Below, in pieces: positions 8,330 through 15,420 of a stretch of 64,000 bases of DNA (position 1 is the stretch's first letter; each line of letters starts with the position of its first letter). This stretch comes from Thermofilaceae archaeon (GTDB lineage: Archaea; Thermoproteota; Thermoprotei; Thermofilales; Thermofilaceae). The stretch lies in NCBI GenBank assembly GCA_038727095.1, contig JAVYWK010000003.1, forward strand, positions 1-64,000, given 5' to 3'. The translations under genes were made by a program, and so were the position numbers. The notes under the pieces are model-generated. The model had not been told where the DNA came from. It saw only the letters and a list, made by a program, of their open reading frames with translations, and ran no database searches.

Positions 8330-10759
8330 TCACTTCAAAATGGTGAAGGTAACCTCCGGGTACTCTGGAACGCTGTGCTCGCCCCTCCCGTCCCGAACCT
8401 CAAGCTTCGATATCCTCAGAGTCCCCGCTAGATCGCTGCTGCAAGCGCTCAAGATTGTCGAGTAAGCGGGTGGGGCGTAGATGATCACGTGAGGGAGCTC
8501 TTCGCTCAACGCTATGCCAGCCGCGCTCTTCGCCCTCCTGATAGCAGCTATCGTTCGTACAACCAACTCACCCGCTTCAACATCCTTCTCTTCATACTCG
8601 CCGGGCTTCGGCCAGGGCGATACAGTAATGCTGGACCACCCGATTCGACGAGCGTAAATCCTGCTGTAGAGCTCTTCCGCGATGTGCGGCGTGAAAACGG
8701 AGAGCATCTGGAGCAGTTTCAGCAGCACTTCATAGAGCGTTCTGCGAGCTGCTAACCCGCTCTCATCATCCCTGCTCACCCTGTACTTTACGGCCTCTAT
8801 GTAGTGGTCGCAGAAGACGTGCCATACGAAGCTGACCAATTCGTTGGCCGCTCCCATGTAGTCGAACTCCTCCATCCGCTCCGTTACGGCTTTCACGAGC
8901 TGCTCCAACCTGCCCTTGATCCACCGGTCTAGAGGCTGGTATTCGCGAACCTCCTTCTCGAAATCATCATCTCTTACGCACATAGCGATGAAGCGGGCTG
9001 CATTCCACAGCTTTGTTAGAAACCTCTTGGCGAAATCAACGCCCTCCCACGAGAACCTGACATCCGAGCCTGTAGTCGCCGCCAACGCTGTCCAAAGCCT
9101 GAAGGCATCGGCTCCGTACTTTTCTATAACTTCCATTAGGCTAACGTAGTTGCCGTAGCTTTTATGCATCATCCTACCATCTGTTCCTCTAACCATTCCG
9201 TTTATCAATGCTATCTTAAACTGCGGCAAACCGAAGAGAGCGACACCTCTCACGAGAAGGTAATAGTCCCAAGTTCGGATGATGTCGTACCCGTTGGGCT
9301 GGAGATCAGCGGGGAACAACCGGTCATCCAGGTTGTCCGGCCACCCCGCGTGAACGGCAGCTGTAATGCTGGAGTCCATCCACGTGTCCATAACGTCCGT
9401 TTCGCCGGCGAGCTCTCTTGACCCACAGCGCGGGCATGCTTCGATCCTCGGTGGGTCGAAGCGTGGATCCACTGGGAGCCACTCCGGCTCAGCGACGATC
9501 GTCTCACCGCACTTCTTGCAGTACCAGACTGGGATCGGTGTGGCAAAAACACGCTGTCTCGATATCACCCAATCCCAGTCTAGGGAGCGAACCCAATCCT
9601 CCAGCCTCTTGTAGGCGTGCGGTGGAACCCATTTGACCTGCATCGCTGCCTGTAGAACGGCTTCCGAGAGTTCTTTCGTTTTGACGAACCACTGCATCTT
9701 TGGTAGGATTTCGACGGGAGTGTGGCATCTCCAGCACGTCCCTATGCTACTTTCTATCGCCTCCACCTTAACGTAAGAGTCCTCCTGCTTAAGGAGCTCG
9801 ACGATCTTAGCCCTAGCTTCCTCGACGCTTAAACCCTTAAGCGGCCCAGCGGCCTCGGTCATCTTCCCCCTATCGTCGATCACGATCCTGACTGGAAGGT
9901 TGTACCGCTTCTGCCACTTCACATCGACTTTATCGCCGTAGGTGCACACCATCACAACCCCCGTCCCGAACTCGGGGTCCACTTCATCGTCAGCAATTAT
10001 TGGAACCTCATGACCATATATAGGAACGACGGCCGTTTTGCCCACTAGGTGGGAGTAACGCTGATCGTTGGGGTTTACGGCAAGAGCTACGCATGCGGCG
10101 AGCAGCTCAGGCCTCGTGGATGCGACCACAACCTCACTGCCATCTTTCAGCCTGAACTTGTAGAAGTGAAGCTCCCTCTTTGAGCTCATGTGCTCAACTT
10201 CGGCCTCCGCGATCGCAGTTTCGCACCTGGGGCACCATACGACTGGGTGCACCTCCCTGCAGATGAGGCCCTTCCTGTAGAGCAGGATGAAGCTCAACTG
10301 GGTTCTGCGCCAGTAGTCGGGATTCATCGTCATGTACTCAGCGCTCCAATCGATGCTGCACCCCATGGCCTTCAGCGCCGCACGCATCGGTTCGATCCAC
10401 TTCAGCGTGTACTCCCTGCAGAGCCTCAGGAACTCTTCTGTCGGTATCTCCCTCCGCCTCTTTCCCAGAGTCCTTTCAACCCTCACCTCCGTCGGAAGCC
10501 CGTGGCAGTCCCACCCGATGGGGAAGAACACGTTGTAGCCATTCATCCTCTTGTACCGCGCAGCAAAGTCGATGTACGCGAAGTTTAAGGCGTTGCCAAC
10601 GTGCAGCTCGCCGCTTGGGTAGGGAGGGGGAGTGTCTATGCTGAAAGTCGGTTTCTCCCTATCCCCCTTATCAAACCTGTAGATCCCGCTCTTCTCCCAA
10701 AACTCCTGCCACTTCAGCTCGACTTCCCTAAAGTTATACCTCGCAGGTAGGGTTTGCAT
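8330..10759 (-). CDS. valS: Valyl-tRNA synthetase
   Basis: FSIDTPPPY, GWDCHGLP, DWVISRQR, DTWMDS. The HIGH and KMSKS motifs appear as HVGN and MMHKS. Start placed at ATG 10759. Confidence 0.95.
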   Translation of the reverse strand: MQTLPARYNFREVELKWQEFWEKSGIYRFDKGDREKPTFSIDTPPPYPSGELHVGNALNFAYIDFAARYKRMNGYNVFFPIGWDCHGLPTEVRVERTLGKRRREIPTEEFLRLCREYTLKWIEPMRAALKAMGCSIDWSAEYMTMNPDYWRRTQLSFILLYRKGLICREVHPVVWCPRCETAIAEAEVEHMSSKRELHFYKFRLKDGSEVVVASTRPELLAACVALAVNPNDQRYSHLVGKTAVVPIYGHEVPIIADDEVDPEFGTGVVMVCTYGDKVDVKWQKRYNLPVRIVIDDRGKMTEAAGPLKGLSVEEARAKIVELLKQEDSYVKVEAIESSIGTCWRCHTPVEILPKMQWFVKTKELSEAVLQAAMQVKWVPPHAYKRLEDWVRSLDWDWVISRQRVFATPIPVWYCKKCGETIVAEPEWLPVDPRFDPPRIEACPRCGSRELAGETDVMDTWMDSSITAAVHAGWPDNLDDRLFPADLQPNGYDIIRTWDYYLLVRGVALFGLPQFKIALINGMVRGTDGRMMHKSYGNYVSLMEVIEKYGADAFRLWTALAATTGSDVRFSWEGVDFAKRFLTKLWNAARFIAMCVRDDDFEKEVREYQPLDRWIKGRLEQLVKAVTERMEEFDYMGAANELVSFVWHVFCDHYIEAVKYRVSRDDESGLAARRTLYEVLLKLLQMLSVFTPHIAEELYSRIYARRIGWSSITVSPWPKPGEYEEKDVEAGELVVRTIAAIRRAKSAAGIALSEELPHVIIYAPPAYSTILSACSSDLAGTLRISKLEVRDGRGEHSVPEYPEVTFTILK

Positions 10760-10893
10760 CGCACCCTCGGGGGCGCTATTATCCGAGCTAGTAAAAATAT
10801 GCTGTTCCAGAGATCTTACTCTACTTCCGGCAAGATCCCCCCTTCCCCCGAACAAGCTTCACCTTAAAAACCTTAGCCCTTTTCACCGAACGC

Positions 10894-11739
10894 GTGGATC
10901 AGCGGTTCAGAGTTAACAGAGCAGCCGTAGAGCTTGTGGCACGCTACCTGAGTGAACCCTCTTCGAGAGAGCTCGTAGAGAGAGCGGAGCTTGCTGACCC
11001 TCAGCTGCAATCCGTAGCGAGGATCCTTTCGAAGTTCACGCAGCGCAGTGACGCCTTCTTCTTCACGCTAGGAGTCGCTGCTGTAAGTTACCAGCTCACT
11101 ACCAAGGGCGAGGAACACTGGTCCCTTGCGGCGGAGTATGCGGGGGGTGATCCGTGCGAAAGCCTCAGGAGCTTTGTGAAGAGGTCGCCCAGCTTGAAGC
11201 TCGCCAGGAGCGCCCGCCTGGCAAGGGTTGAGAAGCTCGTCGGGTTCTATCCCTTTTTCGCGGTTAAGCTCGACTTCTACCTGCGCGACCTCGAGGCCTT
11301 TAGGAAAGATCTTGCAAAGGCTCTTGAGGCGGATCAGGACGCGAAAACAATAGTTTTCGCAGTAAAGATGCTCTACTACGCGGCCAAGGCTTCCAGCCTG
11401 AGCATTGAGCCGCCCCCCTCCATACCAATCCCTGTCGACCGTAGGGTGTGCCTCATCAGCCTTACAAGCAGGGTAGTAGAGGGGGAACCCCCCACGCTTC
11501 AGGGGGCTAGGCTCCTGCTATCGAAAGCACCGAAACTAGTTGCCGAGGCTTGGGGGCTTGTGTGCGAAAAGAGCGGGGTACCACCCATCAAACTCGACGC
11601 ACTACTGTGGTTGCTGGGCGGTTGCTACGAACGCGCGGGGTCGCCAGAGGGGGCTCTCGATTGCGCCTTTAAGCTGCTGTCCCCTCCCCCGGGAGCAGCG
11701 GTCTCCCTGATGCGCGTCCTGCTCGGGCTCAGCCCGTAA
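10894..11739 (+). CDS. Archaeal 8-oxoguanine N-glycosylase/DNA lyase (AGOG-like)
   Basis: SYQL..KGEEHW, KTIVFAVKM, IPIPVD.RV and SGVPP..LD..LW motifs. Confidence 0.85.
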   Translation: MDQRFRVNRAAVELVARYLSEPSSRELVERAELADPQLQSVARILSKFTQRSDAFFFTLGVAAVSYQLTTKGEEHWSLAAEYAGGDPCESLRSFVKRSPSLKLARSARLARVEKLVGFYPFFAVKLDFYLRDLEAFRKDLAKALEADQDAKTIVFAVKMLYYAAKASSLSIEPPPSIPIPVDRRVCLISLTSRVVEGEPPTLQGARLLLSKAPKLVAEAWGLVCEKSGVPPIKLDALLWLLGGCYERAGSPEGALDCAFKLLSPPPGAAVSLMRVLLGLSP

Positions 11740-11960
11740 TCCGCGGGCGTGAAGTAAGCGACGATTTCACCGCTCTGCCAATCCCTCAACACTATGCGCG
11801 CTGCCTCCTCGACGTTAGGCTCCCCGCCCTTCCTCAGGAGGTTTCTCCTCCTCGCGATTTTCTCGAGCGCAGCATAAGGATCTTCGTCGTCCACTCCATA
11901 CTGCTTCAGAAGCACCTTCGAATCCTTCTTCTTCAGCAGATCTATCAGCTTGACGGCGGC
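11625..11960 (-). pseudogene. C-terminal fragment of a YlqF/RbgA-like GTPase, truncated at the element 1 right end
   Basis: LEKIARRRNLLRKGGEPNVEEAARIVLRDWQSG is the typical C-terminal domain of this family. All GTP-binding motifs are absent and the frame runs into the element at 11961. Confidence 0.75.
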
Positions 11961-12230
11961 GTTCCGCGCCGGGTGCACATCTCCCCCTTCACTGGTTTTC
12001 CTCGAGGGGCCCTCCCTTCCGCCTCCCGTGCTTCACGGCTTCCGCGCGGGGTGGCGGGGGAGGGTGTCATGGGTGGACTCGCCCGCCTTTCCGCGCACCG
12101 TCGCCGGTGCGCATCCCGGCGGGCTCACCCCCTCGTCGATCGCGCGGGCCCCCTGGAGCGCCCCCGGGCTCGACGCCCGGGTGGGTGTCCCGGGAAAGGG
12201 GCCGCCTGGGGGCTGGAGAGCGTGGGCCAT
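11961..12230 (-). ncRNA. Putative omegaRNA/reRNA scaffold of element 1
   Basis: Overlaps the low-complexity 3' end of the TnpB-like ORF. Contains the hairpin GCGCACCG-GCGA-CGGTGCGC (12093-12112) and motifs shared by all three copies. 5' end unknown. Confidence 0.6.
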
Positions 12231-13566
12231 TGCTGTGGGGCTGGTGCACCGGGTTGTTCGGATTGTGGAAGTTCGCTGCTAGCGCTTTAGGGTGCTCTCG
12301 GAGCCACTCCTTCAACCTGGGGAACATCCTCGCTGCGGCTCTAAAGCATGCATTGTAATCCCTGTCAGCGATTATTCCACAGTTACTACAGCCAAAGTAG
12401 CGGTTAGCGACCTCCTCGCACGGTGAATTACACAGGGGGCACCTCTTCCCACTGCTTCGAACTTCTGTGTACTGAGCACCCTCATACCGCGCCATGTTCT
12501 CGATGTATCTGCGGATTCGCCGTAGCGTTCGCTGCAGCTGGGTTCCCCTTAGGCTCCATTCGCTCGGAACGTCGATCAAAATAGCAACCTGCCCGTTGAC
12601 CTCTCGCACCAGATGGCGTAATTCGTTGAGTGTTTTCTCAATCCACACCCTATGTAGCTTCCTTACGTCTCTTTTTACTTTTCGGGCAAGAGCGGAGGCC
12701 CTCTCCGTCGTCAGAGTCCCAAACCGCTTAAGTGCCTTCTCCACCTTCTCTTTCAGTTCTGGGTTGGGAAGCCTCTCAAGGACGGCTTTCGGTGTTCCGC
12801 GCTCGGCGGCGCTCTGGAGTGCAGCGACGATCGCCTCGTGGAGGGCCGTGTTCGGCGGCTGCCAGCGGCGAGGAATCACTCGTAGAACCCTCCCCTCCTC
12901 ATCGAAGTCTATAATCAATCCGGCGAGACCATACGAGCTGTTCAGGTCCAGGCTAATGACCCGCCTAGGGAGAACCCCCGAGGCGGGATCCCTGAAGGCA
13001 ATTATCCTCGCTCGACCGTTACTGCACAGTTGGAACACGAAGGATGGTTTTGGCTGTAGTCTCAAGTCCTCCTCCAGCGCCTTCACTATGCTCGGCTGCA
13101 GCCCTACACGGATCCCCGCGCAGGGGATCCGCAGTTCCGCTCCGGTTAAATCGATCACCACGGGAGCGCTCCTCGATCCGTGGATCAGCGTCCCCCATTT
13201 CATAAATTTCACCTTCAAGTAGTACGGTGGCCTCCTCCACCTTTTCCTTCTTTTCCTGCGCTTTTCCGCCTCGTAATCCATCGCCTTCCAGCTTTCGTAG
13301 TAGAGGAAGCAGCATCGAGGTAGAGTTGGATCCCGATCTATCAACCTCCAGTAGAGCTTTGCAAACTGTCTACGCTCCTCTCTATTTAGTCGAGGCTTGA
13401 ATACCCTGAAGCCGCGGTCGCGATTGCCCACGCCCCCCGATTTTTTATCGTTGGGGACCGGGTGCCGGGGCGTCGCTCCCCCTCCCCCCGCCCCGAAGGA
13501 GGGGGTTGCAGCGTTCGTTAACCCTTGCCCCGCCCCCGGCCGCGGGGCTTCCGGAGGCCCACCCAT
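12067..13566 (-). CDS. Divergent TnpB-like RuvC/Zn-ribbon protein (element 1)
   Basis: RuvC-I VISLDLNSSYG, RuvC-II AILIDVP, SGKRCPLC...CSNC Zn ribbon, RuvC-III DRDYNA. Start ATG 13566 aligns with the element 2 start. Confidence 0.8.
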   Translation of the reverse strand: MGGPPEAPRPGAGQGLTNAATPSFGAGGGGATPRHPVPNDKKSGGVGNRDRGFRVFKPRLNREERRQFAKLYWRLIDRDPTLPRCCFLYYESWKAMDYEAEKRRKRRKRWRRPPYYLKVKFMKWGTLIHGSRSAPVVIDLTGAELRIPCAGIRVGLQPSIVKALEEDLRLQPKPSFVFQLCSNGRARIIAFRDPASGVLPRRVISLDLNSSYGLAGLIIDFDEEGRVLRVIPRRWQPPNTALHEAIVAALQSAAERGTPKAVLERLPNPELKEKVEKALKRFGTLTTERASALARKVKRDVRKLHRVWIEKTLNELRHLVREVNGQVAILIDVPSEWSLRGTQLQRTLRRIRRYIENMARYEGAQYTEVRSSGKRCPLCNSPCEEVANRYFGCSNCGIIADRDYNACFRAAARMFPRLKEWLREHPKALAANFHNPNNPVHQPHSNGPRSPAPRRPLSRDTHPGVEPGGAPGGPRDRRGGEPAGMRTGDGARKGGRVHP

Positions 13567-13820
13567 GGGCCCCCATCCGCTCCCCCACGGGAGCTTGAGC
13601 GTGAAGGATGCGGGGGGCTCACGAGCGGGCCACCGCAACCCCACAGCCGAAGGCAGGCACCCCTCGAGCAGCGCACAGCCGGAAAGCAGCGTCAGCCGAG
13701 CAGAGCATCGATCCGGGAACGAACGCCGAGAAGCACCTGATGGTTGAGCGTCGCAGAGGCCTCTCGAAGGGAGCAGCGGGAGCCGCAGCCTCAAGGGAGC
13801 CGAAGCGGTTGAAGCGGAAC

Positions 13821-14490
13821 GGCCCCAATCCCGGGTGCTCCCGGAAGCCCCGCGCGCCGGCGCGCCCCCAGTAGCCCTGAACGCTAACAGTGCGGTAGAC
13901 CGCCCCCGGGGAGCAGGGGTGCGGCCCTTTCCGCCGGCCCCTGCATTTGGCGGTGACCCCCTTGATTGGATGGGGGCCCCACACGAGTGGGAGCGCAGCC
14001 CGGGGCCGGCCGTTAAAGGCTGCGCCCCGCGAGGGCTAGAGGCCCAGCTTTGCGAGTTTAAGCCCGTATTCCTCCCCTCCAGCAGTCTGCCTGTAGGCTC
14101 TCGGCCTGCAGGCTGGCTGCCCCTCTACAGTTGTAGGGCGCTCGGCCGCTACAACTGCTTCACAGGCACCCCCCTACAAGGGGGATCCGCCTTTTTGGGG
14201 CGGAGGGTGGAGAGGGGAGGGTTACAGGCTGATTAAAAGACTGGGCCTCCAGAATCCCCCCAGTTGCAAGCCGCGCACCGCGCACGGGGTAGGATGCTCG
14301 CTTTAGCGTCCATCCGCTTCCAGTGCCGCTCTAGTGCCGCGTTAGTGTTCTGCTGTCTTAGTGTTCTGCCGCCCCCAAGCCCCTCTTGTCCACCGAGCCT
14401 CAGCGGGGTTTGGGGGTTTTGTTTGCTCGGCCCGGTGGACGCACCTGTTAGGCTTGTGGAGCAATGGTATTTATTCCTAACTCCAGTTTG
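13821..14490 (+). ncRNA. Putative large structured RNA (or ssDNA structure) of unknown class, copy 1
   Basis: Many nested stems, GNRA-type loops, G-U pairs mostly on the + strand, and a compensatory change relative to copy 2. No conserved reading frame. Confidence 0.5.
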
Positions 14491-14509
14491 ACGCTGTGAG
14501 GGGGATGGG

Positions 14510-14737
14510 ATGTGCATTACGGCTTGCAGTCTGAGCTTCTTCACGCTGCTGAGGGGTTGTACGGAGGGGTTTAGGGTGAGCTTGAAGTTGAGCTACTTGG
14601 CGGAGGCGCTGGAGGCGTTCATGATGGCCGGGTTGAGGCCGGGGAGCATTGCGTTCACGCGCGGGGAGGGGCGCGCAGTCTTAATCCAGCTGAGGGGTGG
14701 GTGGCTGAAAGCGTACGTAGCCGCAGCCCTCGAGTGA
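14510..14737 (+). CDS. Conserved 75-aa element-encoded protein, weak resemblance to a sliding-clamp C-terminal half-domain
   Basis: Conserved with 59119-59346 through synonymous changes (AEALEAF), an in-frame indel and the same stop position. G-rich RBS-like sequence and TATTTATT upstream. Confidence 0.6.
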   Translation: MCITACSLSFFTLLRGCTEGFRVSLKLSYLAEALEAFMMAGLRPGSIAFTRGEGRAVLIQLRGGWLKAYVAAALE

Positions 14738-14863
14738 CTCTTTCCCTATAGGTTTATTTCCTATTTTTCCTTGAAGCTTATACGTACTATAGAATATGTT
14801 TTGTAATACTTTCGGTGAACTATTCTTAAAAAGCTTTTAGGCTTACCAAACTTGAGGGTCGGC

Positions 14864-15025
14864 GTGGACTTGACAGGGTTCATCAGGCTTGCGGCGAAGC
14901 GGGGTGAGAAGATCCTAGTCACACCGTGCGACGGTGCGGTGCGCTTCCTAGCGGTGAAGAGCCATTGGGCTGGAAGGGTGGAGGCAAGTAATTTACCGAC
15001 AATGATTACCTGTTGCTTGTGCTAA
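14864..15025 (+). CDS. Hypothetical 53-aa protein
   Basis: GTG-start ORF MDLTGFIRLAAKRGEKILVTPCDGAVRFLAVKSHWAGRVEA... downstream of an AT-rich promoter-like tract. Its stop overlaps the next ATG (TAATG). Confidence 0.35.
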   Translation: MDLTGFIRLAAKRGEKILVTPCDGAVRFLAVKSHWAGRVEASNLPTMITCCLC

Positions 15026-15420
15026 TGAGCCTCAGCCTTGATCATGTTAAGGCGGTGATTTACGTCTCCGGTCTTAGCTCGCCGAAGACACGTAAGGCGT
15101 TGATCCAGGCTTTGCCAGCTAGAGCGAAGGTTCGAAGGGTGATGAATGGCCTCCTGATCATCGAATTAAATCTAAGAGTGGCACCCGAAGGGCACAGGCG
15201 CACGCTCTGCAGAGGGGAGGTGGCCTACTGGCCGCCAGCTTCGAGCCTTGTTGTAGCGCTGTGGAGGGGATGTAGGGAAGTGGCGAGCCCTCTCAACTAC
15301 CTCGGTTTCGTCGTTGATGGGGTTGAAGCCCTTGAGTCGCTCAGCGGAACATTTGATGCCGAGTTACGGTCTTCCGACTGGGAAAATGTAAAGGGGTCTT
15401 TCATCGACTCTCAGCACTGA
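15025..15420 (+). CDS. Cyclophilin-like fold protein (TM1367/DUF369-like)
   Basis: GEVAYWPP motif and SPLN.LG.V.DG. Confidence 0.7.
   Translation: MSLSLDHVKAVIYVSGLSSPKTRKALIQALPARAKVRRVMNGLLIIELNLRVAPEGHRRTLCRGEVAYWPPASSLVVALWRGCREVASPLNYLGFVVDGVEALESLSGTFDAELRSSDWENVKGSFIDSQH

Larger units (their letters stand above)
11961..14737. mobile_element. Element 1: TnpB-like gene + omegaRNA-like end + conserved structured module + small ORF; no transposase
   Basis: GC-rich insertion. Right end GTTCCGCGCCGGGT is shared with 56394, and 13821-14737 is nearly identical to 58445-59346. The outer boundary on the 14737 side is only the limit of homology. Confidence 0.8.

Noticed and set aside
11961-11975. 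GTTCCGCGCC resembles part of a type I-E CRISPR repeat, and the nuclease could be called Cas12f
   Set aside because: No repeat-spacer array or cas1/cas2 anywhere in the window; the motif occurs once per element as its end.
13567-13794. 76-codon N-terminal extension of the element 1 nuclease in the ORF track
   Set aside because: Not conserved in element 2; ATG 13566 aligns with the element 2 start and the shared leader hairpin.
13814-13820. GCGGAAC at the module border forms a 7-bp inverted repeat with the right end at 11961
   Set aside because: Absent at the equivalent position in element 2 and short enough to be chance in GC-rich DNA.
13821-14490. Group I (IStron) or group II intron interpretation (GTGCG at 13890; GTTCAG..CTA on the minus strand)
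   Set aside because: No convincing domain V or P7 pairing, no RT/maturase, the structure favours the strand opposite to the nuclease, and no 5' exon is present.
13835-14544. ORFs 13835-14236 (+), 14264-14491 (+) and 14233-14544 (-) in the conserved block
   Set aside because: Copy 2 has frame-breaking indels or different starts and stops; conservation is at nucleotide/structure level.
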